DNA of 64,000 nt from a candidate division WOR-3 bacterium. Lineage in GTDB: Bacteria > Hydrothermota > Tepidihabitantia > B3-TA06. The notes below the pieces were generated by a model. That model had not been told where the DNA came from, made no database searches, and saw only the letters and a program-made list of their open reading frames with translations. Position 1 is the first letter of the stretch. The number at the start of each line of letters is the position of its first letter. Below, piece after piece: positions 51,828-61,326 of this stretch. The stretch lies in assembly GCA_965649265.1 (NCBI GenBank), contig CBFGKC010000006.1, positions 114,975 to 178,974 of the forward strand, in the 5' to 3' direction. The position numbers and the translations under genes are program-made.

Positions 51828-52178
51828 AATGCGCCCCCGGCGCTAGCCCTCCTCAGACCCCCTCAGACCCTCCTCAGACCCTCCTCAGACTATCCTCAGA
51901 CTATCCTCAGACTATTGGGGGCTCAACACCTTGCAGAATTCTATTCTGCGCATGCGCCTCCGGCGCTAGCCCTTTGGATAAGTAGAAATGAAATGGCGGA
52001 AGCGCAGCTTGCGCCCAGCGCCTCCGGCGCTCCTCCTTAGATCGGTAATAGTGAAATCGCAGAAACCCCATGGGCTTCTGCGCATGCGCCTCCGGCGCTA
52101 GCCCTTTGGATAAGTAGAAATGAAATGGCGGAAGCGCAGCTTGCGCCCAGCGCCTCCGGCGCTAGCCCTGACTCAACA
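51828..52178. repeat. Composite noncoding repeat element, locus 2 (6x CC(C/T)xCCTCAGA units, then 2.5 copies of the GCGCCTCCGGCGCT-containing module of about 85 bp)
   Basis: The CCTCAG-type units lie at 51848..51917. The modules at 51946..52030 and 52086..52170 are near-identical to 14766..14850. It sits in the divergent region between tonB and the SBBP gene. Confidence 0.65.
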
Positions 52179-52260
52179 CACAGTCGAAACAATCTGAATA
52201 GCATCTTCCTAAGTCATCTATAATATGCGGAGCTTTTTTTGTAAGTATTTATGCCGCATA

Positions 52261-52288
52261 TTGACAAATTACCCTTACATCGTATCAT
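52261..52288 (+). promoter_or_regulatory. sigma70-like promoter (TTGACA-16-TATCAT) preceded by an 8-bp inverted repeat overlapping the -35 element
   Basis: ttgaca is at 52261..52266 and tatcat at 52283..52288. The inverted repeat ATATGCGG (52223..52230) / CCGCATAT (52254..52261) flanks it. An AAGGAGGAG Shine-Dalgarno site precedes the ATG at 52314. Confidence 0.45.
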
Positions 52289-52313
52289 TTTGCAAACGAG
52301 AAGGAGGAGTATT

Positions 52314-53723
52314 ATGAAACCTATGTGTTTTCTTTCAATAACGTTTTCGTGTATATTTTTTTTCCTCTCCACGGTCGTACGCGCCGAGGATGTTCCCGTT
52401 AACGTCTGGAACAAGGTCTATGATTCAGGCAAGAACGACGTACCTTACGCTATTGCGGTGGATGATTCGGGCTACGTTTACGTCGCGGGACTTTATTACA
52501 ATGGTGAGAACAGCGATTTCAGAACCATAAAATTCGACCCGGACGGGGAGATTGCATGGAACAAAACATTCGGGCCTGCAACCGAAGATATTGCCTGGGC
52601 GGTTGCGGTCAGCAGTACGGGTTCGGTATACGTTGCAGGTGAATCCAAGGATGCCTACGAACTGGTCAAATATGACTCGAAAGGAACCGAACTCTGGAAC
52701 AAATCATACGAATCCCAGTATAAATATTCGGACGCGGCGTACGGGATAGCCCTGGATGAGGATAACGGTTTTTGTTACCTTACCGGCAAGGTTCACAACA
52801 CGGCTACCGGAAACAACGATTACAGGACAATAAAATGCGATACATCCGGCAACAAGAAATGGGACAACAAATACGATTCGGGCGCAGATGACTGCGCATA
52901 CGGGGTGACAGTAGACAAAGACGGTAACGCTTACGTGACAGGCGGCATCAACTCCGACACGAGTGTGATGACCGTCAAGTATGGTCCTACCGGAAATACC
53001 GTCTGGAAAAAAACATACTCCGGAGGCGATAAAAATGTTGGATATTCCATAATAACAGATAATGGCGGTTCTTTTTATGTCGCCGGAATGTCGAAAAGCA
53101 GTGCCGGGAATATGGATTATCGCACCGTCAAATACGATCTTGCCGGAAATATGAAATGGGAGAAGCTATATGGATCGAGTAACAATGAGTTTGCCTGTGA
53201 TGTTGCGCTTGATGACAAGGGTTTCTTGTACGTAACAGGTTCATATTACGAGGGGTCATATCCTTTCTCCAGAACCATGAAGTACGATTCTCTTGGAAAC
53301 ATCCAGTGGGAGTTTGCTTATGATCAAGGCTCGAGGGAAGAAAGCGAGGGCGTAGCCGTGGATGCTGACGGGAACATCTACATCATCTGTAAATCTTACA
53401 ACGGCAAGGATAACGATTTCAGGCTTTTAAAATATCGGCAGTCTTCAGGGATAGCGGAAACGTTTTTTAAACCTGAAGATATGAATCTGGAACTTGAAAA
53501 TAAAGGATCCTTTTGGACTGTAGCCTACTCTCTTGTGGATTCCGGCCCAATAGAGCTGTCGATTTTTGATGTCAGAGGTACGAGGGTTGCAACGTTAGAT
53601 CACGGTTTTCGAAGCTCAGGCACACACTCTCTTGTCTGGATTCCGGAGGTAAATGGGGTATATTTCCTTAAGCTTTCGAAAGGGGCGAGCGTCGAAAACA
53701 GGAAAGTAGTGGTAATTCGCTAG
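52314..53723 (+). CDS. Secreted SBBP-type beta-propeller repeat protein with T9SS CTD
   Basis: The ORF is trimmed to the ATG at 52314 (MKPMCFLSITFSCIFFFLSTVVRA). The repeats follow the pattern YDSG..D.AYAIAVDDSGYVYVAG......DF.TIKYD.DG...W. The C-terminus is GVYFLKLSKGASVENRKVVVIR. Confidence 0.65.
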   Translation: MKPMCFLSITFSCIFFFLSTVVRAEDVPVNVWNKVYDSGKNDVPYAIAVDDSGYVYVAGLYYNGENSDFRTIKFDPDGEIAWNKTFGPATEDIAWAVAVSSTGSVYVAGESKDAYELVKYDSKGTELWNKSYESQYKYSDAAYGIALDEDNGFCYLTGKVHNTATGNNDYRTIKCDTSGNKKWDNKYDSGADDCAYGVTVDKDGNAYVTGGINSDTSVMTVKYGPTGNTVWKKTYSGGDKNVGYSIITDNGGSFYVAGMSKSSAGNMDYRTVKYDLAGNMKWEKLYGSSNNEFACDVALDDKGFLYVTGSYYEGSYPFSRTMKYDSLGNIQWEFAYDQGSREESEGVAVDADGNIYIICKSYNGKDNDFRLLKYRQSSGIAETFFKPEDMNLELENKGSFWTVAYSLVDSGPIELSIFDVRGTRVATLDHGFRSSGTHSLVWIPEVNGVYFLKLSKGASVENRKVVVIR

Positions 53724-53887
53724 TTTCCAAACAGGGGCTTTATAATAACTATTAATCGGTGCGAAGCTAAGCCGATTTTTTAGTCACGGAGGCCTTGACT
53801 AAATGCTGAATGTTGGTATATTTTCAAGAGTAATCTAGTCGTGTTGGGAATAAGAGGGCCAGAAAACAATAAAACTTTGGAGGTTAT

Positions 53888-55546
53888 ATGTCAAAAAACA
53901 AGTTTTTGTTACTGTGCATAGTTACCCTCGTGACAATGAGTTCCGGGTATGCTGTTTTGCCTCCGGAGGAGGTTTGGAACGTACCATACAGCTCAGGGGA
54001 CTTCGTGAGAGGTTATGATCTCGCAGTTGATGCACAGGGAAATGTATTCGTCGCAGGCGAGTACGATAACGGCATGGATAATGATTTTCTTATCATCAAA
54101 TATGACCCTTCAGGTACGGTATTGTGGTACAGGATTTTCGACTCCGGTGGAAATGATGAACCGCAGTCGATAATCCTTGACGCCGGCGGTAACGTTTACG
54201 TCTGCGGCTCTTTCGTGGATACTCTCGTACCCGGAACCGTTCACGCAAGACTTCTTAAGTACAATTCCGCCGGGGACAGCCTTTTAAACGCATCGTACGG
54301 TTTTTCGGCTTTCACCAGGCTGTACGCCGTAACCATTGATAAATCGGGCGGCCTTTATCTGGCCGGCTACACGACGAATCCATCGAACTCGGATTTTCTA
54401 TTCATGCAATGCGATACGATTACCGGCGACACTCTCTGGACAAAAGTTTATGATTCAGGAAGGGAAGAGAGTGTCTACGGTATTGCGGTCGATACGCTCG
54501 GTAACATTTTCGTGACCGGGACTGCAGGAGCAGATGCCGATACCACGGACGTAAGGACCATTAAATACGGTCCTACTCGCACTATTTTGTGGAACGAGCT
54601 CTACAACTCCGGCAGCTACGATGACGCCGGGGATCTTTCGCTTGACGGACAGGGCAACGTTTACGTCGGCCTTTCGAGCTACAACTCGTCAGGGAATGCC
54701 GACTATAGATTAATCAAGTACGACTCCGGCGGTGGTATTGTCTGGAACAAATATTATGACGCCGGCTCCGAGGACTGGCTGAATGACGTGATTTGCGATG
54801 AATCGGGTAACGCCTACATAACCGGTATGTCACTAAGCGGGCCGACCAACAGTGACATAAGAACCATGAAATATACACCTGACGGGGATATCGAATGGTA
54901 TAAGGTCTACGACTCTGGAACCCGTTTCAACGCCTTGTTAGGAGATGGTGCCAGTGGCATTGTTCTTGACGGACTCGGCTATGTTTATGTTACTGGTTAC
55001 TACGCGACACCAGGCAGCGTGAGTATCCGCACAATAAAGTACAGGCAGTTTTTTACCATAGCCGGTAAAACAAGTCAGCCCTATGCTACCTTGAATCTTG
55101 ATGGAGCCGTTACTGCCCAGACAATGTCCGATTCGAACGGCTACTACCAGTTTCTCGATCTTTCTTGCGGAAAGGATTACACGGTTACACCCAGTCTTGA
55201 TGGTTATACCTTTGAACCGTCATACAGGAAATATTCTCCTCTTATAAGCCACATGTTTCTTGAGGATTACACTGCTACACCGACTGGAATTGAAGACCTT
55301 TCGCAAATACGAGCAATTTCGCTCGAGGTATCCGCAAATAATGTAAGATACACTATCGATGAGCCCGGATTCGTAAAGCTTAGCGTTTACGATGCATGCG
55401 GCCGCAATGTTGCGTCCCTTTTCGAAGGCATCCTTTCACCGGGAGAGTTCAATGCCGACTGGAAACCACAGGCTGCCGGGGTCTACTTCGTCAAGTTGGA
55501 CGTGTCGAACAAATCGGTAACAAAAAAGATAACTTTCATAAAGTAA
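53888..55546 (+). CDS. Secreted SBBP-repeat protein with CarboxypepD_reg-like domain and T9SS CTD
   Basis: A GGAGG site is followed by the ATG. SBBP-like repeats are present (GYDLAVDAQGNVFVAG ... DFLIIKYDPSG). A carboxypeptidase-regulatory-like segment follows (YQFLDLSCGKDYTVTPSLDGYTFEP). The C-terminus is GVYFVKLDVSNKSVTKKITFIK. Confidence 0.65.
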   Translation: MSKNKFLLLCIVTLVTMSSGYAVLPPEEVWNVPYSSGDFVRGYDLAVDAQGNVFVAGEYDNGMDNDFLIIKYDPSGTVLWYRIFDSGGNDEPQSIILDAGGNVYVCGSFVDTLVPGTVHARLLKYNSAGDSLLNASYGFSAFTRLYAVTIDKSGGLYLAGYTTNPSNSDFLFMQCDTITGDTLWTKVYDSGREESVYGIAVDTLGNIFVTGTAGADADTTDVRTIKYGPTRTILWNELYNSGSYDDAGDLSLDGQGNVYVGLSSYNSSGNADYRLIKYDSGGGIVWNKYYDAGSEDWLNDVICDESGNAYITGMSLSGPTNSDIRTMKYTPDGDIEWYKVYDSGTRFNALLGDGASGIVLDGLGYVYVTGYYATPGSVSIRTIKYRQFFTIAGKTSQPYATLNLDGAVTAQTMSDSNGYYQFLDLSCGKDYTVTPSLDGYTFEPSYRKYSPLISHMFLEDYTATPTGIEDLSQIRAISLEVSANNVRYTIDEPGFVKLSVYDACGRNVASLFEGILSPGEFNADWKPQAAGVYFVKLDVSNKSVTKKITFIK

Positions 55547-55684
55547 CTGTTTTTTCTAAACACAAGGATTTGAGCAGGGGCGTTCATGAACCGCCCCTGT
55601 CTCTTTTTGTACTGAAACGGTATCTTCTTGGAATTTCTGCACGACCAGGGACGTAAGGCGCATTTCGTTTTTTAATAGATTCTG

Positions 55685-55713
55685 TTGACACTGCGTATGC
55701 AATACATATAATC
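55685..55713 (+). promoter_or_regulatory. Consensus sigma70 promoter (TTGACA-17-TATAAT) abutting the atpC start
   Basis: ttgaca is at 55685..55690 and tataat at 55708..55713. The ATG at 55722 sits 8 nt after the -10 element, which makes this a leaderless candidate. Confidence 0.5.
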
Positions 55714-55721
55714 TTTTTAAG

Positions 55722-56708
55722 ATGGTCGGCTATACCCCCTCTGAAGACCCGCGTTACGCATTTGTCATCGGTCGCGTAAGATCGCGGGAAGCTCGTATGT
55801 TGAATCGCCAGCAGTTCGACAGGCTGCTCGAGGCTCGTACCGAGAGTCAGATGCTTTCAAATCTAGCGGATACACCCTACTCGGAAACTCGCGCCGAAGA
55901 CATTGAAACCATGCTTATGCGTGCCGCGTCAGAGGAGGAGGCGTTCTTCTACCGGTATCTTGAAAATGAAAGGATACTTGACTTTTTTAAGGCACCTGAT
56001 AGAGCCTCTAATCTTAAATTTGCGTTGAGACGCAAGTACCGGGGGGAGGTGGAGGATTCACTTTTTATTTCTGACGCTCCTTCCTCAATGGAGGTGTTAG
56101 CCAGGTATCTTGAAGGAGAGTCCGTTATAGTCCCTGACTGGATGCGCGCTGCGGCCGGGAAAGTGGTCGCGGCGAATATCGAAAAAATCGATCCATCGAG
56201 CATAGATGTGATTGTGGATTCGGCTCTGATTATGCATCAACATACCCTTTCAGAGGGGTCTTCTTTTCTTGAGAAGCTGCTGTCGTTAAGGGTCGATTTT
56301 GCCAACCTTCTTGCTTTTTTACGAATAAAGGTTTCAGGGGAGGAGGGGGATGAATTCTCGAAAACGTTTCTTCCTTACGGTACGATTTCAATCGCTCGTT
56401 TCAACTCATGGTCGCAGCTGGGTTGGGATTCCTTGCCGCGGGAGGTAAAAAAAACAGAGATTTTCAAAAAACTAGAAGAAGGATTAAAGGAACTGCCGGA
56501 TAGTTTTCTTTTACTCGAACGTGAAATCAAGGAGGAGGAACTCTCATACCTTTTGTCGACAAGACGATTGGTTTTTGGATATGAACCCCTGGTGGGTTAC
56601 AGTCTTCTCAAGAGAGAAGAGCGCCGCAACATTCAAAGGGTAGCTACAGGTTTGCGGTACGGTCTTGAAAAAGAAACAATAAGGAAGTCCATTGCCTGGT
56701 TTGACTGA
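55722..56708 (+). CDS. atpC: V-type ATP synthase subunit C
   Basis: The product is 328 aa. The N-terminal YAFVIGRVRSREARML matches the subunit C signature (YAYVNARVR...). It lies immediately upstream of the F-A-B-D genes. Confidence 0.7.
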   Translation: MVGYTPSEDPRYAFVIGRVRSREARMLNRQQFDRLLEARTESQMLSNLADTPYSETRAEDIETMLMRAASEEEAFFYRYLENERILDFFKAPDRASNLKFALRRKYRGEVEDSLFISDAPSSMEVLARYLEGESVIVPDWMRAAAGKVVAANIEKIDPSSIDVIVDSALIMHQHTLSEGSSFLEKLLSLRVDFANLLAFLRIKVSGEEGDEFSKTFLPYGTISIARFNSWSQLGWDSLPREVKKTEIFKKLEEGLKELPDSFLLLEREIKEEELSYLLSTRRLVFGYEPLVGYSLLKREERRNIQRVATGLRYGLEKETIRKSIAWFD

Positions 56709-57018
56709 AATTTGTGTCCTTGGCCCGGAGGAGCTTCTGGAACCATTCAGGGCCGTCGGGCTTGCCGGTTCGGTTGCGGACAAGAGCAGCGCCCTCGAAC
56801 GGGCAAGAACGCTCGCACAGAGTGAGTACAAGATAGTTTTTTATGACGAGGAATTCTATCCGCTCCTCAAGGATTTTCTCCTTAAGCGACCTGGCGGGGT
56901 TTTCCCAACCTACATCCCCGTTCCCTCTCTTTCCGGAGGAGAACGATACGCCATGGAGCGGCTGAGAGAGTTAATAAAAAAGGCCATAGGAGTTGACGTC
57001 TACTTGGAGGCCAAGTGA
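56692..57018 (+). CDS. atpF: V-type ATP synthase subunit F
   Basis: The product is 108 aa ([20 protein letters not shown]). It has a TTG start. It is coupled to atpC by a 17-nt overlap and to atpA by a 4-nt overlap. Confidence 0.65.
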   Translation: MPGLTEICVLGPEELLEPFRAVGLAGSVADKSSALERARTLAQSEYKIVFYDEEFYPLLKDFLLKRPGGVFPTYIPVPSLSGGERYAMERLRELIKKAIGVDVYLEAK

Positions 57019-58787
57019 GAAAAGAAGAAACTGGTCGAATAGTAAAGGTATCGGGCCCGCTGGTCATTGCCGAGGGTATGAGTACCTCAAAGATGTACGA
57101 CGTGGTTAAAGTGTCGGACAAGCGTCTTGTTGGTGAAATTATTGGATTGTCAGGCACTCGTGCCTCGATACAGGTTTACGAGGAGACAGGCGGTATCGGC
57201 CCCGGTGAACCCGTATATCCGACATACGAACCCCTTTCCGTGGAGCTTGGTCCGGGTCTTATTGAGGCCATTTACGACGGGATTCAGCGTCCCCTGTCAG
57301 ATATAGCGGATAAAACGGGAGCCTTCATATCCCGAGGTGTTGAAGTGCCTGCGCTGCCGCGCGACAAGAAATGGGATTTCGTCCCCTCCCTCAAGAAGGG
57401 CGACAAGGTTGGGCCTGGCGATGTGCTCGGAACGGTCAAGGAAACGATACTCATCGAGCACCGTATACTGGTTCCACCGGGTGTATCCGGCGAAATCGTA
57501 GAAATATCAAAAGGCTCGTTTAACGTGGAGTCGACCGTTGCCGTCATCAAATCACCCGAAGGTAAAAGCATCGAAGTCGCAATGATGCAGCGCTGGCCGG
57601 TCAGAAAACCCCGTCCGTATATGCGCAAATATTCGCCATTTGAGATTCTATCCACGGGGCAGCGCGTTGTGGACACGTTCTTCCCGCTCGGAAAGGGTGG
57701 AACCGCATGCGTTCCAGGGCCGTTCGGATCGGGCAAGACCGTCATCCAGCATCAGCTGGCCAAGTGGGCGGATGCCGAAGTGATCGTCTACGTGGGCTGC
57801 GGCGAGCGCGGAAACGAGATGACCGATGTGCTCATAGAGTTCCCGGAACTCAAGGACCCCAAATCGGGCGAGCCCCTTATGAAACGCACGGTGCTCATCG
57901 CCAACACATCGAACATGCCGGTTGCCGCACGGGAAGCGTCGGTCTACACCGGTATTACGATAGCCGAGTACTTCCGTGACATGGGGTATTCGGTTGCCCT
58001 CATGGCCGACTCAACCTCGCGCTGGGCCGAGGCCATGCGAGAGATTTCCGGACGCCTCGAGGAGATGCCCGGTGAAGAAGGTTATCCTGCATATCTTTCC
58101 GCTCGCATCGCCGAGTTCTACGAACGCGCTGGACTTGTCGAATGTCTGGGCTCGACCTCGAAAAGAGGGGCCCTGTCCGTTATCGGCGCCGTGTCCCCTC
58201 CGGGCGGCGACCTTTCGGACCCGGTCGTTCAAGCCACCTTGCGCGTCGTAAAGGTTTTCTGGTCGCTAGAGGACAAACTGGCCTACGCCCGCCATTTTCC
58301 TGCAATTTCCTGGTTGCGCTCTTACTCCTTATATGTCGATTCGATCTCGGCAAAGCTGCGTGAAGAGATAGGAACTAACTTCCTTGAGGATACGAAGGAA
58401 GCCATGAGACTCTTGCAGGAGGAGGCCGATCTGACCGAGATAGTCCGACTCATCGGCATTGACGCACTTTCACCTAACGAACGCCTCATTATGGAAGCGG
58501 CGCGTTCGATTCGCGAGGACTTTCTGCACCAGAACGCGTTCCACGAGATTGACACGTACGCCAGCCTTGATAAACAGGCACGTATGCTTTCCCTTGTTCT
58601 CTGCTACTACAAAGAAACCAAGAAGGCACTCGAACAGGGAGCACTTCTTGAAGATCTCGTCAGCCTCCAGGTTCGTGAAAAGATTGCCCGAGCTCGCTAC
58701 CTGCCTGAGAGCGAGCGCGAAACCATCACTAAAACCGAGGAGGAGGTTATCGCTGAAATCGCTTCCTTAAAGAAGGAGGTCTCCTGA
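57015..58787 (+). CDS. atpA: V-type ATP synthase catalytic subunit A
   Basis: The Walker A motif is GPFGSGKTV. The sequence [13 protein letters not shown] and the A-type non-homologous insert are present. The product is 590 aa. Confidence 0.9.
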   Translation: MRKEETGRIVKVSGPLVIAEGMSTSKMYDVVKVSDKRLVGEIIGLSGTRASIQVYEETGGIGPGEPVYPTYEPLSVELGPGLIEAIYDGIQRPLSDIADKTGAFISRGVEVPALPRDKKWDFVPSLKKGDKVGPGDVLGTVKETILIEHRILVPPGVSGEIVEISKGSFNVESTVAVIKSPEGKSIEVAMMQRWPVRKPRPYMRKYSPFEILSTGQRVVDTFFPLGKGGTACVPGPFGSGKTVIQHQLAKWADAEVIVYVGCGERGNEMTDVLIEFPELKDPKSGEPLMKRTVLIANTSNMPVAAREASVYTGITIAEYFRDMGYSVALMADSTSRWAEAMREISGRLEEMPGEEGYPAYLSARIAEFYERAGLVECLGSTSKRGALSVIGAVSPPGGDLSDPVVQATLRVVKVFWSLEDKLAYARHFPAISWLRSYSLYVDSISAKLREEIGTNFLEDTKEAMRLLQEEADLTEIVRLIGIDALSPNERLIMEAARSIREDFLHQNAFHEIDTYASLDKQARMLSLVLCYYKETKKALEQGALLEDLVSLQVREKIARARYLPESERETITKTEEEVIAEIASLKKEVS

Positions 58788-60295
58788 TGCCCCGTAACAC
58801 CCGTAACACACCCAATCCCTCCCATAACACCTCCCAAACTCTTGAGGAAACCTCTGGTTTAAAGCCTACTGTGGAAGATAAACCCAAGGGTATAATCGAT
58901 TACCAGACGATTACCTCTGTTTCTGGTCCACTCCTTCTCGTTGAGGGAGTCGAAGGAGTCAAGTATGAGGAGCTTGTTGAGATATTCCTTCCCTCAGGCG
59001 AACGCCGCAGGGGAAGGGTGCTTGAGGTTAACCAGGACAAGGCGCTCATACAGATATTTGAGGGTTCCTCGGGAATCGAGATAGGCCAGACAAGGGTACG
59101 CTTTCTTGGCAAGGGCATAACCTTGGGGGTCTCCGAGGAACTTCTCGGCCGCGTATTCGACGGCCTGGGCCGCCCGCGCGACAGCTCACCCGAGCTTATC
59201 CCTGAAGAATTTCGCGACATCAACGGTCTTCCAATCAATCCCTTCGCTCGCAGCTACCCCAACGAGTTTATCGAGACAGGCATCTCCGCTATAGACGGAT
59301 TGAACACGCTAGTACGTGGGCAGAAGCTTCCTATCTTCTCCGGTTCCGGTTTGCCGCACAACCGCATGGCGGCTCAGATAGCGCGTCAGGCAAAAGTACT
59401 CGGCGCAGCGGAGGAGTTTGCGGTGGTGTTCGGCGCAATGGGCATCACGTTCGAGGAAGCCCAGTTCTTTATCGATGATTTCCGCCGTACAGGGGCCCTT
59501 GAGCGCGCGGTACTCTTTCTTAACCTTGCGGACGACCCTGCAATCGAGCGAATCGCGACACCGCGTGTTGCGTTCACCGCAGCGGAGTATCTCGCCTTTA
59601 CGAAGAATTATCACGTCCTCGTTATCCTCACAGACCTGACCAATTACTGCGAGGCCCTTCGTGAGATATCCGCCGCCCGAAAGGAGATTCCCGGTCGGCG
59701 CGGTTACCCCGGCTATCTATACACCGATCTTGCCACCATCTACGAGCGATCAGGCCGCATCAAGGATTCGACCGGTTCCATAACCCTCGTTCCCATTCTC
59801 ACCATGCCCGAGGACGACAAGACCCACCCTATTCCAGACCTTACCGGGTATATCACCGAGGGGCAGATCATCCTTTCCCGCGTACTCAATAACAAGAACG
59901 TCGCTCCGCCGGTAGACGTACTCCCCTCCCTCTCCCGTCTCAAGGACAAGGGTATAGGCAAGGGAAAAACTCGCGAGGATCACGCGGATTCGTTTAACCA
60001 GCTTTACGCCGCGTATGCACGAGGCAAGGAAGCCCAGGAACTGGCCGTGATTCTCGGTGAGGCGGCGTTGACCGATATCGACAAGCTTTACATGAAATTT
60101 GCCGAGGCGTTCGAGCGCCGCTACATTTCCCAGGGCGAGTACGAGGCTCGCAGCATCGAGGAGACACTTGATTTGGGTTGGGAGCTTTTGACCAGTCTTC
60201 CGCGTTCGGAGATGAAGCGCGTTCGGGACGAAAACCTTGCAAAGTATTACGATACCGCGTTCGCAAAATTCCAGAAGACCGGGGAGAAATCATAA
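58787..60295 (+). CDS. atpB: V-type ATP synthase subunit B
   Basis: The product is 502 aa and closely follows the B-subunit pattern ([20 protein letters not shown]). It starts in an ATGA overlap with atpA. Its first roughly 30 codons are an N-terminal extension ([15 protein letters not shown]...) that is partly encoded by CCGTAACAC repeats. Confidence 0.85.
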   Translation: MPRNTRNTPNPSHNTSQTLEETSGLKPTVEDKPKGIIDYQTITSVSGPLLLVEGVEGVKYEELVEIFLPSGERRRGRVLEVNQDKALIQIFEGSSGIEIGQTRVRFLGKGITLGVSEELLGRVFDGLGRPRDSSPELIPEEFRDINGLPINPFARSYPNEFIETGISAIDGLNTLVRGQKLPIFSGSGLPHNRMAAQIARQAKVLGAAEEFAVVFGAMGITFEEAQFFIDDFRRTGALERAVLFLNLADDPAIERIATPRVAFTAAEYLAFTKNYHVLVILTDLTNYCEALREISAARKEIPGRRGYPGYLYTDLATIYERSGRIKDSTGSITLVPILTMPEDDKTHPIPDLTGYITEGQIILSRVLNNKNVAPPVDVLPSLSRLKDKGIGKGKTREDHADSFNQLYAAYARGKEAQELAVILGEAALTDIDKLYMKFAEAFERRYISQGEYEARSIEETLDLGWELLTSLPRSEMKRVRDENLAKYYDTAFAKFQKTGEKS

Positions 60296-60374
60296 TCGCC
60301 ATCGATTTCTGTAGTGCTTTGAGGGCGCCTGTCAACCTCGCATATGATTACAGAAAACAACTCGGAGGTAAGCG

Positions 60375-60992
60375 ATGAGGCTTAACGTGAATGCGACCAG
60401 AATGGAGCTTCTTAAGCTTCGTCGCAGGCTTGTCATAGCAGAGCGTGGATACAAGTTGCTGAAGGACAAGCTTGAAGAACTCATGCGTAATGTTTATTCG
60501 CTTGTGGACGAGATTCAAGCACTCAGAAAAGAAGTAGAGGAATCCCTTCGCAAGGCAGTTGCCCGTTACGCACTTGCAAAGAATCAGAGAGTACCGAACT
60601 CGACAAGGATAGCCACTTCGCTGCCTTCGGTCAAGCTTTCAGTTGAATCAGGAACAAAACGAATCCTTAACGTGAAGACTCCTACTTTCAAACCCAAGCT
60701 CGAGGGGCGCATTCGTTGTTATGGGTTTCTTGAAACCTCTGGAGAACTTGACCTTTCACTTGCTTCTCTCTATAAGGTTCTCGAAAAGATGGTGCTGCTG
60801 GCCGAAAAGGAAAACACCCTTGAACTCGTCGCTCAAGAAATAGAACGTACTCGCCGCAGGGTCAACGCCCTCGAGTACGTCGTCATTCCGAACATCAAAG
60901 AGACCATTTCTTACATAAACCTGAAGCTGGCCGAAATGGAGAGGGGTAATCTTACACGTCTCATGCGGATTAAGGAAATCATCAGGGGTTAA
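60375..60992 (+). CDS. atpD: V-type ATP synthase subunit D
   Basis: The N-terminus MRLNVNATRMELLKLRRRLVIAERGYKLLKDK is the canonical subunit D start. A GGAGGT Shine-Dalgarno site sits upstream. Confidence 0.8.
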   Translation: MRLNVNATRMELLKLRRRLVIAERGYKLLKDKLEELMRNVYSLVDEIQALRKEVEESLRKAVARYALAKNQRVPNSTRIATSLPSVKLSVESGTKRILNVKTPTFKPKLEGRIRCYGFLETSGELDLSLASLYKVLEKMVLLAEKENTLELVAQEIERTRRRVNALEYVVIPNIKETISYINLKLAEMERGNLTRLMRIKEIIRG

Positions 60993-60993
60993 G

Positions 60994-61326
60994 TTGAAGC
61001 GACAACACGTATATCTGATAGTTTGGGGAGTGTTTCTTATCAGTCTTTCGCTGATTCCGGGAAGGATATCGATTGTCAATAAGTTTCCCATGGACAAGGT
61101 GCTTCACTTTTTCGCCTTCAGTTATCTGGGTTTTCTTTCAGGACGTTCTTTGGGTTGGTGGGGTGTTTTAGTCGTTCTGGTTTTCGGTGTGGGAAATGAA
61201 TTTTTGCAGTATTTGACTCCGGGGAGGAATGTGGCTTTTTTTGATATAGCGTCAAACGAACTCGGTATAATTGTCGGGTTTATTATCGGATACGCCAGAA
61301 GGAAACGTGCGGTTTCAGAGAGTTAA
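60994..61326 (+). CDS. VanZ-like small membrane protein
   Basis: The sequence LHFFAFSYLGFLSGRSL...GVGNEFLQYLTPGRNVAFFDIASNELGIIVGF follows the VanZ pattern. It starts with TTG. Confidence 0.55.
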   Translation: MKRQHVYLIVWGVFLISLSLIPGRISIVNKFPMDKVLHFFAFSYLGFLSGRSLGWWGVLVVLVFGVGNEFLQYLTPGRNVAFFDIASNELGIIVGFIIGYARRKRAVSES

